64,000 nt of DNA from NCBI GenBank assembly GCA_963695345.1, contig OY968769.1, forward strand, positions 448,001 through 512,000. Reading direction: 5' to 3'. The notes below the pieces were generated by a model. It was not told where the DNA came from and did no database searches. It saw only the letters and a program-made list of their open reading frames with translations. This stretch comes from an uncultured Methanomassiliicoccales archaeon (GTDB taxonomy: Archaea; Thermoplasmatota; Thermoplasmata; Methanomassiliicoccales; UBA472). Shown here piece by piece: positions 35,855-47,590 of this stretch (its first letter is position 1; each line of letters opens with the position of its first letter). Made by a program: the position numbers and the translations under genes.

Positions 35855-37186
35855 GTGAAAAAGTCCAACGCAATAAAGATCGGATTATTGATGGCACTGG
35901 TGATCATGATATTACCAGCCCTGTCAACGCCCGTGGCGGCGACTACTGGGGTGATTGAGGATATCAACACCGGCGACACAGCATGGATATTGGTGGCGAC
36001 TGCCCTTGTGTTCATCATGACACCGGCTGTAGGTTTCTTCTACGGCGGCATGTTGAGGAAGGAAAGTTTCCTTTCCATCCTTGGTCAGACTATTATCATC
36101 ACTGGAATAGTCACCTTGATTTGGGTTCTGTTCGGTTACTCGCTGGCATTCGGGGGTTTCCATTCCGACCTGATCGGTAACTTTGACTTTATTGGGATGA
36201 AAGGCGTCGGGCAACTGCCTGATACTGACTATGCCAGATCGATCCCGTCGATATTGTTCTCGATGTACCAGCTGATGTTCGCCATCGTCACGGTCTGCCT
36301 GATCATCGGCGGTGTTGCTGAGAGGATGAAACTCAAGGCAATGGTCGCATTCCTAGCGATATGGACCATTATCGTTTACCTGCCTGTAGCTCACTGGGTG
36401 TGGGGCGGGGGCTGGCTCTCGAAGCTTGGGGCATTGGACTTCGCTGGCGGTACCGTCGTGCACATCACCGCAGGTGTGTCGGTATTGGCTGCAGCAATAG
36501 TGCTGGGCAAGAGGTTGTCTGTACAGGCCGGTAACGGCGAACACCCGCACAACATCCCGATGGTCGTCCTGGGCGGCGGCCTGCTGTGGATGGGCTGGTT
36601 CGGGTTCAATGGCGGCAGTGCGCTGGGCGCTAACGGTCTGGCAGCTCAGGCATTCGCCAACACGACGATCGCCGCAGCAATGGCGGCGATCATGTGGGGC
36701 TTGGTCTCGTGGTTCCACCAGGGGAGGCCAGGCGTGCTAGGCCTCATATCCGGCGGCATCGCCGGTCTGGTAGCGATCACACCTGCCTGCGGCTTCGTTG
36801 ACACGACTGGTGCCATAGCGATCGGTCTTGGCGCCGGGGTTGTCTGTTACGGTGGTATACTGGCCAGGAAGAAGTTGGGCTTCGATGACTCTCTCGATGT
36901 GTGGGGCGTACACGGTATCGGCGGTACCTTCGGTGCCATCGCCACCGGTCTGTTCGCCACCAGCTCAGTGAACAGCGTGGTTACGAACCAAGGCCTGTTC
37001 TATGGCGGCGGCTTCACACTGCTCGGCAACCAGCTGATCGCGGTCGCAGCGGTTTGGGCATTTGCCTTCGGTATCACCTTCATCCTGCTGAAGGTGCTGG
37101 GCAAGATCACGCCACTGAGGATGACAAAGGACGAGGAACGCATCGGTGCTGATATCATCCAGCACGGGGAGAGCGCATACAGCTAA
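35855..37186 (+). CDS. amtB: Ammonium transporter
   Basis: DFAGGTVVH, GWFGFNGGS, DDSLDVWGVHG (twin His). Confidence 0.95.
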   Translation: MKKSNAIKIGLLMALVIMILPALSTPVAATTGVIEDINTGDTAWILVATALVFIMTPAVGFFYGGMLRKESFLSILGQTIIITGIVTLIWVLFGYSLAFGGFHSDLIGNFDFIGMKGVGQLPDTDYARSIPSILFSMYQLMFAIVTVCLIIGGVAERMKLKAMVAFLAIWTIIVYLPVAHWVWGGGWLSKLGALDFAGGTVVHITAGVSVLAAAIVLGKRLSVQAGNGEHPHNIPMVVLGGGLLWMGWFGFNGGSALGANGLAAQAFANTTIAAAMAAIMWGLVSWFHQGRPGVLGLISGGIAGLVAITPACGFVDTTGAIAIGLGAGVVCYGGILARKKLGFDDSLDVWGVHGIGGTFGAIATGLFATSSVNSVVTNQGLFYGGGFTLLGNQLIAVAAVWAFAFGITFILLKVLGKITPLRMTKDEERIGADIIQHGESAYS

Positions 37187-37193
37187 GAGGTGA

Positions 37194-37535
<342 letters not shown>

Positions 37536-37641
37536 CGCTGACCCCCCCTAACAAACCTTTTCCTTTTTCATATCATGGCCCATCGGATAGCCTCACGGCG
37601 CGTGAGAACGGGCCTTATGTCGTCTGGATTGGAGCATCGCG

Positions 37642-38421
37642 ATGAGGTTACATTCCATGAGGTTCAAGAACGAAGTGTTGGAGAGTCTGAAGAAATCGGT
37701 CGAATGCTGGGACTTGGAATTGGCCAGGAGCTCGGCAAAGGAAGCGTTGGAGCTCGGCATCACGCCTTCGGAGGCGATCGAGGACGGATTGAGCAAAGGC
37801 ATGACCAGCATCAGCCAGAGGTTCGATGAGGCGGTCATCTTTCTGCCCCAGCTGCTGGCCGCATCCCATGCGATGGAAGAGGCGATGAAAATATTGGACC
37901 CGGTGATGGGAGCGAACAGCGTTGCCAGAAAAGGAACGATAGTCTTGGGAACAGTCCTGGGGGACGTGCACGAGATAGGCAAGAACGTCATCGGGGCGAT
38001 GCTGCGCGGTGCTGGTTATCGGATCATCGATCTGGGTAGAGACGTATCGATTGGCAGATTCATAGACGAATGCAAGGTATCCAACGCCGATATCGTCGGC
38101 GCCTCTGCGTTGATGACCACCACATTGTGGGGTCAGAAGGCGATCGCCGAAGGAATAAGGGATGAGGGCATGCGCACCAGGACGGTCTTCGGAGGCGCCC
38201 CATGCAATCAACGTTGGGTGGAAAGTTTCGGCGGTGATCTCTATTGTCCCAACGGAGCCGAGGTGGTTGACATGGTGGAAAGGCTGATGGTCAGAATGAG
38301 ACTGGAGAATGCCATAAAGATGGAGACTGAACTGGACGGAAAACGACGTAGAGGCGCAAAGGATTGGAACTGCAACGTCATGAAGGGCATGACCTATGGG
38401 ATCAACAGCCTATCGCACTGA
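37642..38421 (+). CDS. Orphan MtmC-like corrinoid protein with C-terminal extension
   Basis: GDVHEIGKN, DLGRDV, SALMTTT, FGGAPC; N-terminus resembles both MtmC copies; likely start 37657. Confidence 0.85.
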   Translation: MRLHSMRFKNEVLESLKKSVECWDLELARSSAKEALELGITPSEAIEDGLSKGMTSISQRFDEAVIFLPQLLAASHAMEEAMKILDPVMGANSVARKGTIVLGTVLGDVHEIGKNVIGAMLRGAGYRIIDLGRDVSIGRFIDECKVSNADIVGASALMTTTLWGQKAIAEGIRDEGMRTRTVFGGAPCNQRWVESFGGDLYCPNGAEVVDMVERLMVRMRLENAIKMETELDGKRRRGAKDWNCNVMKGMTYGINSLSH

Positions 38422-38492
38422 TATTTCCAGATATCACCATATATGCCTTCCGCCAATTTCCCTTCAATTACAATATTTTCGAGGTGGACCCA

Positions 38493-39110
38493 GTGAGAAT
38501 TGCTGTGATCGCCTGTGACATATTCCAGAAGGAGCTCGACCTACTGATCGGCAACGACCCGAACATCGTCCACAAGGAATATCTTGAGTTCGCCCTGCAT
38601 GATCATCCGGAAGACCTCAAGGCCAGGATATTGGAGAAGGTCAATGGACTGGTCGGTAAGGTGGACGCCGTGTTCCTGGGGTACGCTGTATGCCAATCAT
38701 TGAAGGGGATAGTGAACGAGCTCCCCATACCCACGGTCATGCTGGATGCCGATGATTGCATTGGGGTCTTCCTTACCCCTTCCGAGTACGCCGAAGAAAA
38801 GGAGAAATGCCCCGGGACCTGGTTCAATAGCCCCAGATGGGCGGAGTTGGGGGTAGAAGGAGCGAACAGGGAGCTTCACCTTGACTGCCTTAAGGACCAG
38901 GGCTTTGAGCCGATGTATTTCCTGAAGATAATGTTCGAGGGATATGAACGATGCCTGTTTCTGGACACGGGAGTCCCGGAAAAGGAGAAGTGGGAATCCC
39001 TATCGAAGGATTTCGCTGACCAATTGAAGTTGCGGCACGAGTGCCGCACCTGCGACCTGAGGATGCTGGAAGGCGGCTTGACCATGACCAAGTCAAAGGT
39101 CCAGAACTGA
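38493..39110 (+). CDS. DUF1638 domain protein
   Basis: IAC..FQKE, LHDHPEDL, LGYAVC, DDCI, GTWF; GTG start after GAGGTGG. Confidence 0.75.
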   Translation: MRIAVIACDIFQKELDLLIGNDPNIVHKEYLEFALHDHPEDLKARILEKVNGLVGKVDAVFLGYAVCQSLKGIVNELPIPTVMLDADDCIGVFLTPSEYAEEKEKCPGTWFNSPRWAELGVEGANRELHLDCLKDQGFEPMYFLKIMFEGYERCLFLDTGVPEKEKWESLSKDFADQLKLRHECRTCDLRMLEGGLTMTKSKVQN

Positions 39111-39320
39111 CCCCTGGATTTCTAAGAGCACGCATCTGATCGCGTCATTTTGGTTATTGCGGACAACATGGCCTTTTCTTAATTTTCCGATACCGTGGGA
39201 AACGGGGGTTAATTCCTTTTTATACCAATATCACGATTCATAATAACGTTCCTAGGAATGAACATCTGAAATAACCCCATGGAAAAATCATAACTCCAAT
39301 ATCGCCAAGGATTTGCTGAG

Positions 39321-39971
39321 ATGAGCAGAAAGGAAGAGATACTGAACCGGCTGAAGATAGCCGTCGAGACCTGGAACATCGAATTGGCCAGGTTTGCAGC
39401 CAAACAGGCTATTGAGCAGGGTATCGATCCTACTGAAGCCATCGTCAATGGGTTGGGCGAAGGAATGGTCAGCATCAGCGCGAGGTTCGACGAGGCGAAG
39501 ATATTCTTGCCCCAGGTGTTGGCCGCGTCCAAAGCCATGGAAGCGGCCCTGCAGGAGTTCGCCCCAGTCATGAAAGGATCTCCGGTCCAGACCAATGGAA
39601 CGGTCGTGATTGGAACGGTTCAGGGGGACGTACACGAGATCGGCAGGCATGTGGTCTGTGCATTCCTCCGCGGGGCCAGGTACAACGTCATTGACCTCGG
39701 TAGGGATGTCCCGTCAGAAAATTTCGTGGAAGCTGCGATCAAGTTCAAGGCTGATGTCGTGGGGGCGTCAGCACTAATGACCACGACCATGATAGGTCAG
39801 GCTCAAATAGTGGAACTAATTAAGGAGGCTGGCTTAAGTGTCAAAACTATTTTTGGGGGTGCGCCATGCACACAAAAATGGGTCGACAGCATAGGTGGCG
39901 ACGCATATTGCCCCAGCGGGGGCGAGGTCGTGGCCACTGTTGAAAGTCTACTGAGAAAGGCAAAGGATTGA
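39321..39971 (+). CDS. mtmC: Monomethylamine corrinoid protein
   Basis: GDVHEIG B12 motif; directly upstream of mtmB. Confidence 0.88.
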   Translation: MSRKEEILNRLKIAVETWNIELARFAAKQAIEQGIDPTEAIVNGLGEGMVSISARFDEAKIFLPQVLAASKAMEAALQEFAPVMKGSPVQTNGTVVIGTVQGDVHEIGRHVVCAFLRGARYNVIDLGRDVPSENFVEAAIKFKADVVGASALMTTTMIGQAQIVELIKEAGLSVKTIFGGAPCTQKWVDSIGGDAYCPSGGEVVATVESLLRKAKD

Positions 39972-39972
39972 A

Positions 39973-41355
39973 ATGAGCGTCGTGGACAAGGCATTGACGG
40001 TCTATGAGACGTATCTCAGGTCCGAGAAAGGCACCAAAATGCCAGAGAGCCATTGGGACAACAAAGTGGTTCCCGAAACAGCGACCATGCTGAAGGAAAA
40101 ATACCAGATCAAGTTCGGATCAGAGATCATTCCCACCGACAAGAAGATGATCAAGAATCTGTACCTGGCCGGTCTCGAAATGCTTGTTACAACTGGCATC
40201 TACAACGCCGATACTAGCAGAGTGGTCAAGGTCACCGAGAGCGAAGTCAAGGAGGGCATCAAGAAGGCCCCGAAGAGGCTTAAGTTCGGCGAGTACCGTG
40301 ATTCCGCTTATATGGAGCCCAGAAAGGGCAACTCACCCCAGAAACCGATCATCCAGGGAGGGCCGACTGGAGCAACCGTTTCGGAGGATGTTTTCATCCC
40401 TATGATCCAGAGCTACGCTCAGGAACCGGTCATCGATACCATCGTCAACGGCGTTATGGCAACCATTGATGGCATGCCCGCCACCACAAACACGCCATTC
40501 GAGATCAAGGCCACTCTGGCGGAGATCCGCGCCATACGCGAGGCCTGCAATCGTGCCGGCAGACCCTATATGGGCATATAGGGTCCGGAGACCCCCCTCT
40601 CCGCTGCGGGGCGTCTTGCCAGCGATCTCAAGGATTGTCTGAAGCCCAGTGACAGTCATGAGGTCTCCCAGCTGAATGAGATGAAGATCGACAATTCCGC
40701 CCTCAACATGATAGCAGGGTGGCTGCACAATGGCGATACTATAATGGTGGAGCAGATGCCCATCTTCGGCGGCTACATCGGAGGAGTGGAGGAGACCGCG
40801 ATCTGCGACGTGGCCACGACCCTGACGTCATTCACGCTTCTGAACGCCTCATATCACCTGGACGGTCCAATTCACATCCGCTGGGGAATAACCACCGCAA
40901 AGGAGACGCTGACGATAGCGGCAAATGTCGCTGCCGCAATCGATATGAACACTGACCTGTTGATCGCCAACCAGTATTACCCAATAGCCGGCCCATGCAC
41001 CGAGATGTGCCTTCTGGAAACGGCTGCCCAGGCTATGGTGGATACGGCCAGCGGGAGGGAACTGGTTTCCGGTTGTGCCGCAGCCAAGGGAGTAGCGGAG
41101 GATTACACCACCGGAATGGAAGCCCGGATCATGGGAGAGGCAGCGATCGCCACCGCGGGAATGAAAATCGACGACGTGAACAAGATCCTCGATAACCTGG
41201 TCCGCGGTTATCAGAAATCGTTCCCCCGTGCACCCCAGGGAAAACGATTCCAAGAATGCTACAATGTAAAGAAGGTCCTTCCAAACAAGGAATATCTAGA
41301 GGTCTATGAAAGGACCTGTGTGGCACTGAGGAATCTTGGCCTCGATATCCAGTAA
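39973..41355 (+). CDS. mtmB: Monomethylamine methyltransferase, Pyl at codon 203 (TAG 40579-40581), 460 aa
   Basis: IQGGPTG, MGI-O-GPETPLS, SQLNE, LDGPIHIRWG; frame continuous across TAG. Confidence 0.95.
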
Positions 41356-41612
41356 TGGATTGATCTTTCTTGTTCAATGGGAACATTCTTGGTCGTTCTT
41401 GGTGACACCACATTTTCTAGATTAAGACCATGGACGGTTCGATTTGACAAAGCCACTCAATCTGGACGGTCTTGATTATTGATGAAAAAATCAGTTTGGA
41501 GGCCCCATGCCCTTGCAGGGGACCCCCGAGGTGCGAAGAAAAAATTTGAGCTACAGAAGGGGTTTGGTTGGAGTAGTTTTCTATCTGGGGGGATAGACAT
41601 ATTCAGTGTAGC

Positions 41613-42992
41613 TCATTTCATATTCAGACCAAAGTTCCTCAAGGTCGCCTTTGCGCCGTCATATACCTTCAGATATTCATCTGTCGGCTTGACGGTCTTG
41701 ACATCGTAGCATTCCTGGAAGCGCTTGCCTGCCGGAGCCTTGTTGTAGCTCTTTTCGTAGCTGCTGATCAAGGTTTCCAGTACCTCGTTTACCTTGGATA
41801 TCTTCATACCTGCCGTCGCAATCGCCGCTTCGCCCATGATCCTAGCCTCCATGCCGGTGGTCTTGTCAATAACGACACCCTTGGCGGCCGCGGAACCAGA
41901 CAGCAGCTCACGTCCAGATGCGGTGTCGGTGATCGCCTGTGCGGCGGTCTCCAGCAGACACATCTCGGTGCATGGTCCTGCGATCGGATAGTACTGGTTG
42001 GCCAGCAACAGGTCGGTGTTGGCATCGATGGCCGCCGCCGCGTGAGCGGCGATCTGCAGGGTTTCCCTGGAGGTGGTTATGCCCCAGCGGATGTGGATCG
42101 GACCGTCCAGGTGGAAGTTGCCACTGAACAGCGAGAAGGAGGCCAGCGTCGTTGCGACATCGCAAATGGCTGTTTCCTCTATGCCGCCGCAGTATCCTCC
42201 GAAGATCGGCATCTGCTCCACCATTATGGTGTCGCCGTTCGCCGTCCATCCTGCGATCATGTTCAATCCGGCCATGTCGATCTTGAGCTCGTTTAGCTGC
42301 GATACCTCATGGGCGTCGCAGTTCCTCTGACCGCCAAGCAGGTCACCGGCGAGACGTCCCGCTGCGGACAGCGGGGTCTCTGGGCCCTATATGCCCATGT
42401 GCGGGCGGCCAGCGCGGATACGCGCCTCTCTGACTGCCCTCAGCTCGGCCATCGTGGCACGGATCTCCCAGGGCGTGTTGGTGGTGGCGGGGTGGCCCTC
42501 GATCGTGGCCATGACACCGTTCACCAGGTGATCAACGGTCGCCTCCTGGGCGTAGCTTTGCATGATCTGGATGAATACTTCTTCAGACACCGGAGCGCCG
42601 GTTGGGCCGCCCTGGATGATCGGCTTCCTGGCCTCGTTACCGTGACGCGGGACGAAATCGACGGCATCCTTATGCTCCCCGAGTACCAATTTCTTCGGGG
42701 TCTTCTTGATGCCTTCCCAGACCTCTTCCTCAGTGAGCGTGATGACTCTTCCCAGGTCTGAATTGTAGAACCCGCTGGTCACTAGCATGTCGAGACCTGC
42801 CTGGAACAGGCGGTTCATGAGGCCCTTGTCCTCTGGAATGATCTCTTTGCCGAATTGGATCTGGTATTTTTCCTTCATCAAAGCGGCGTTGGTCGGTATT
42901 ACCTTGTAGTCCCAATCCGCCTCTGGCAGTTTCTTACCGGCTTTCGAGCGCTCGTATGTCTCGAAGATATCGATTGGTCTTTGGGCTGACAT
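41613..42992 (-). CDS. mtmB: Monomethylamine methyltransferase (second copy), Pyl at codon 202 (TAG 42387-42389), 459 aa
   Basis: Same motifs; ORFs 42387-42992 and 41613-42275 join in frame via TAG. Confidence 0.95.
42351..42380 (-). promoter_or_regulatory. PYLIS-like hairpin starting 6 nt after the mtmB amber codon
   Basis: GAGAC-CCCGCTG-TCCG-CAGCGGG-AC-GTCTC (5+7 bp, UCCG loop). Confidence 0.55.
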
Positions 42993-42997
42993 TTTGT

Positions 42998-43639
42998 TTA
43001 CCTCCCCATCATCTGGTTGACCAATGCCACTGCTTCAGCTCCCGAGGGGCAGTACATGTCCCCGCCGATGCTCTCTACCCATTCGGGGTTGCATGGCGCG
43101 CCTCCGAAGATCGTCTTGGCGACGACATTCTCTTCCTTCAGCATGATGACAATGTCCTTTTGAACGGTGACAGTGGTGGTCATCAGGGCGGATGCTCCGA
43201 CGATGTCGGCCTTCTTGTCACGGGCAGCCTCTATGAACTTCTCAGGCGACACATCCCTTCCAAGGTCGATAACGGTGTAGCCTCCGCCGCGTAGCATAGC
43301 GCCCACGACGTTCTTTCCTATCTCATGGATGTCACCCTGAACGGTTCCGATGACGATTATTCCCTTTGCGAGGGTTGTGCCCTTTGCCATCGCAGGTTCG
43401 AGAATCTTCAACGCAGATTCCATGGCAGTAGATGCGGCCAGAACCTGCGGTAGGTAAATCTTAGCCTCATCGAACAGTTGACTGATCATCTGCATGCCCA
43501 TGCCGAGCCCCTTTTCGACGGCTTCCGACGGGTCGATTCCGGCATCGAGAGCCTGTGCTGCGGATTGCTTAGCCAGTTCGATGTTCCACGTTTCGATTGA
43601 CTTTTTAAGGTTAGCCAATATCTCCTCTTTTTTTTCCAA
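42998..43639 (-). CDS. mtmC: Monomethylamine corrinoid protein (second copy), TTG start
   Basis: GDIHEIGKN; GGAGGAG RBS; upstream of second mtmB. Confidence 0.88.
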   Translation of the reverse strand: MEKKEEILANLKKSIETWNIELAKQSAAQALDAGIDPSEAVEKGLGMGMQMISQLFDEAKIYLPQVLAASTAMESALKILEPAMAKGTTLAKGIIVIGTVQGDIHEIGKNVVGAMLRGGGYTVIDLGRDVSPEKFIEAARDKKADIVGASALMTTTVTVQKDIVIMLKEENVVAKTIFGGAPCNPEWVESIGGDMYCPSGAEAVALVNQMMGR

Positions 43640-43903
43640 TTTATTCTCCTCCTAGAAGAACGTGTTTTAATTGCAAAAGTATCATCTTCATTTTAGTATT
43701 AATAATTATGAGTAGCATTCGGATAGGTTAAAATATAGATATGTTGGGACTAAACAGCCTAAAAGATATCTTTATATATTAAATAATTAAGATGCTCCAA
43801 GCAAATAGCATAGTTTAAATATAATAAAACTTGATGCAAATGTAGGTGTTTGCTGAATATTCTCAGTAACGCCACCAAAATGCTGTATCAAGGGAGGAGC
43901 AAA
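43640..43903. promoter_or_regulatory. AT-rich divergent promoter region mtmC/mtbC
   Basis: TATA-like boxes (TTTATATAT, TTTAAATA); RBS on both sides. Confidence 0.6.
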
Positions 43904-44554
43904 ATGAGCGGAAAAGGGGAATTAGCAAAAAAAGAGCTGTTTGATGCAATTGTTGCATATGACAAAGATAGAACACTTAAGAGTGTTGAAGTGGCGCGGA
44001 GCGTTCTGACTCCACAAGAAATCATCGATTCACTTGCAGCTGGTATGAATGAAGTTGGAATAAGATTCGAAAGAGGTCGCCTATTCCTTCCTCACGTAAT
44101 GGTGGCTGCAAGTGCAATGACCTCGGGAGTTGAGATCATAAAGCAAGACCTCCCGAAAGGTGAGGGCGGTAAGAGTCTTGGCGTTATTGTCACAGGGACA
44201 GTGGAAGGGGACGTACATGACATTGGTAAATCCATCGTCTCCACGATGCTACAGTGCGCCGGATATGAAGTTCATGATCTGGGTAGAGATGTCCCTACAA
44301 AGAACTTCATTGACACAATAAAGGAAAAGAAAGCAGACATGGTCGGTCTGTCCGCATTGATGACCACATCTATGCAGACCCAGCGGGAAGTCATCGAGAA
44401 TTTGGTAGAAATGAATTTGAGAAAGAATATTAAGGTCATGGTGGGTGGCGCGCCAGCAACTCAATCATGGGCGGACAAGATTGGCGCTGACGGTTATGGA
44501 GAGAACGCTAGTGAGGCGGTCAAGAAGGCCGGAGAACTCCTCAAGAAGAAGTGA
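43904..44554 (+). CDS. mtbC: Dimethylamine corrinoid protein
   Basis: GDVHDIGKS, SALMTTSM, VGGAPATQ; upstream of mtbB. Confidence 0.88.
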   Translation: MSGKGELAKKELFDAIVAYDKDRTLKSVEVARSVLTPQEIIDSLAAGMNEVGIRFERGRLFLPHVMVAASAMTSGVEIIKQDLPKGEGGKSLGVIVTGTVEGDVHDIGKSIVSTMLQCAGYEVHDLGRDVPTKNFIDTIKEKKADMVGLSALMTTSMQTQREVIENLVEMNLRKNIKVMVGGAPATQSWADKIGADGYGENASEAVKKAGELLKKK

Positions 44555-44585
44555 GAAATGCCAGTGTTCAAGGAGGTAAGAGAAA

Positions 44586-45993
44586 ATGTCAAACGAATAT
44601 GCGCTTAGAATGGGAGATGGCAAGAGAGTCTATCTTTCTAAGAAACAGATTGTGGATGATGTTACCGCCGGTTCGGAAGATGCTGCAGATCTTGGGAGCA
44701 TCCCAACCATGAGCTCCGAGGACATGGAAAGGCTCGTGGAAATTCTGATGATGCCTGGGAGAATGGTGGGCGTTGAGCATGGGATGGAAGTGCCGGTTAC
44801 TCATGATATCGGAACTATCCGCCTAGATGGAGATCAGGGTAACAGCGGAGTCGGAATTCCCTCCAGCAGATTGGTCGGAATGATGACACATGAACGGGCT
44901 CTAGGGGCAGACTCTATGGAACTTGGTCACATCGACTATAGTTTCAAACCAGTCAAACCGGTGATCGCCCAAGAGATGCAGACGATGGAGATCGTCCAGC
45001 AGAACATGATTGTTCCGGTGCTTTACGGTGCGATGCCGAACATGGGCCTCTATTATCGCCCTGATGGTCCCTTTGACAACCCTGGTGACCTCATGAAGGC
45101 CTTCAAAATCGAGGAGGCTCAGAGATCGACAGAGCATGCCGCAGAGCATTTGACACGCGACATGATCTGGGTAATGCAGAGAATTATGAAATCAGGATCA
45201 GATGGAGTCAACTTTGACACTACTGCGGCTGCGGGAGATGGCGATTTCTTTGCCACACTCAATGCGATCGAAGTATTGAGGAAGGAATTCCCAGAAATGT
45301 ATATAGAATCCGGTATGGCTGGAGAGCTTGTACTTGGAATGCATGGAGAACTAAAGTACAAAGGTGAGACCCTTGCCGGCATGTGGCCTCATCAACAGGC
45401 AAAAATGGTGGCCAAGGCTGGTTCTAACATTTTTGGCCCGGTGGTCAATACCAACACCAGCAAGTCAGGTGCCTGGAACCTGGGAAGGGCCGTCACCTTC
45501 GTGAAAGCTGCGGTTAAGGCATCTCCAATACCTTGTCACGTAAACATGGGGATGGGCGTCGGCGGAATACCGATGTTTGAGACCCCCACGATTGATGCGG
45601 TCTCCCATGCTAGCAAGGCGATGGTCGAGATCGCCCATGTCGACGGCATATAGGTTGGGGTCGGCGACCCGATGGGTATGCCGATCACACACGTAATGAC
45701 GTCCGGAATGAGTGGACTCAGGGCAGCAGGCGATCTGGTCTGTAGGATGGAGTTTGCGAAAAGCATGAGAATCAACGCAGGCGAAGGAGTTCGTTGCCAA
45801 GAAGGTGGGAGTCGACACCGTGGACCTCAGCGACGAATTTGTCATGCGAGATATCAGAGAGAGTCTCGGAATTGGCGTAGTTACCTCAGTTGCAGGAGCG
45901 CCGAAAGGCATTGCAGCCAAGATGAACATAGAAAAATTATTGGGCATCAAGATCAACTGCTGCGAAAAGTTCAGGGCACAGGTGAAGAAGTAG
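44586..45993 (+). CDS. mtbB: Dimethylamine methyltransferase, Pyl at codon 356 (TAG 45651-45653); +1 frameshift near 45777
   Basis: [49 protein letters not shown]; ends TAG-TAA. Confidence 0.93.
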
Positions 45994-46108
45994 TAAAAAA
46001 TCAAACGCTTAATCTATCTATCTCTGGACCAGCTTCTAACTGTTAATTACCTTAGGTCCAGAGAGCGGTTTTTTCTACATTCAGTGGAGGAGAGAGGAGG
46101 GGTGATTC

Positions 46109-47590
46109 ATGGTTGATATTCAAGAAGGAGGAGGTAGTCCTATGGAAACCGAGTCGAAAAAAGGGAATTCGAACGAACTACAAAGGACTATAGATTGGAA
46201 ACAAGGATTAATGATAGCTGTTGGCGTACCATTGTTGATATTGCCATCGATTGGCTATACTGCAAGTTATCTTTGGGCAGCTGCGATAATACTCTGGGTG
46301 GCATCGGTTCTTCAGGGATTCATGCAGAATATTGCCTATGGAGAAATGGCGACGGCGTTCCCCAAAGCATCAGGGTTGCCTGGTTTTGCCCAAGCTGTAT
46401 TTAAAACAAATAATAATGTAAATAAATATGATAGAGGAAAGTTAATCGGCGGATTCAGCGCCTGGGGCTATTGGTTTGCCTGGAATCCGGTATTGGCGAT
46501 CTTTTCATTGACAATCGCAAGCTATCTGCAGGGTATGATTCCGGCATTGGCTGATTACGATTTCGTGTCATTAGCCTTAGTTTGTGGGGCGTTAATATTC
46601 GTGGCCTTAATTCTCATAAACATGAAAGGATTGGCGAACGGCGCCAGGATCGGATTGATTCTAGCAGTAGTGTCTCTTATCCCGTTGATTGTAATCTCGA
46701 TAGCGCCATTTGCCACTGGTGATTTCAACGTTTCGAATATCACTAACAACTTGGTGCCCACGGGTTGGACGTGGGATTGGCAACATATTCTGATAATCTT
46801 TGGTCTATTTGCCATCGCCCAATGGAGTGCGTGCGCGTGGGAGACTGCGGCAATTTATGGACCACAATACAAGAAACCTGGTTCGGATGTGCCCAAAGCA
46901 CTATTCACCTGTGGGATAATTTGCTTAATTATCTTTGCCCTTGTTCAGACATCTGTGACTGGTACACTGGGCATTGATGGCATTCTTGCACAACCGGTCT
47001 CGCCCCTAGTACCCATGGCTGAAACGACATTTGGCTCGCTCGGTTCATCTGTCATGATTGTCATGCTCGTAGCTGCAATGATCTTGATAATCCAGACGGC
47101 GTTCCTGGGCTCTGCAACGTCGATGCACTCCATGGCGTCTGAAGGAAATCTTCCAAAATTCTTCAGCAAGTTGAACTCAAGTGGAGTTCCAGTTCGGGCA
47201 ATGATCGCAATTGCACTATTCAATATGGCACTGATCTCTCTGAAGACCCCGACCGCAATATTAGCCGCCTCAGCGATTGGATACACTTGCGCCAACGGAA
47301 TCAGCCTTTTTGCGTATGTCAAGGCGAAGAGGGATCCAGAGCTAAAGAAGTTGAATAGGCCGTTCAAGGCACCACGGGGCTGGACATATGTTGCCCTTGC
47401 ATTCGGGCTGTTCAACATTCCACTCTGTCTAATTGGTGTCATGTATCTGAACAGTCTAGAAAGTGGGATAACGGCAATCATTGTCGGAGTTATCGTTCTT
47501 GCAGCCTATTTGCCGATCTGGTTCTGGTCTCAGCATAAGAATTCAGAACTCCAAGAAAAAGAGGGAGTAATGGAGGCGGCTGAGGAGTAA
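46109..47590 (+). CDS. APC-family methylamine permease (MtbP/MtmP-like)
   Basis: ~12 hydrophobic segments, WSACAWETAAIYG, follows mtbB. Confidence 0.8.
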   Translation: MVDIQEGGGSPMETESKKGNSNELQRTIDWKQGLMIAVGVPLLILPSIGYTASYLWAAAIILWVASVLQGFMQNIAYGEMATAFPKASGLPGFAQAVFKTNNNVNKYDRGKLIGGFSAWGYWFAWNPVLAIFSLTIASYLQGMIPALADYDFVSLALVCGALIFVALILINMKGLANGARIGLILAVVSLIPLIVISIAPFATGDFNVSNITNNLVPTGWTWDWQHILIIFGLFAIAQWSACAWETAAIYGPQYKKPGSDVPKALFTCGIICLIIFALVQTSVTGTLGIDGILAQPVSPLVPMAETTFGSLGSSVMIVMLVAAMILIIQTAFLGSATSMHSMASEGNLPKFFSKLNSSGVPVRAMIAIALFNMALISLKTPTAILAASAIGYTCANGISLFAYVKAKRDPELKKLNRPFKAPRGWTYVALAFGLFNIPLCLIGVMYLNSLESGITAIIVGVIVLAAYLPIWFWSQHKNSELQEKEGVMEAAEE

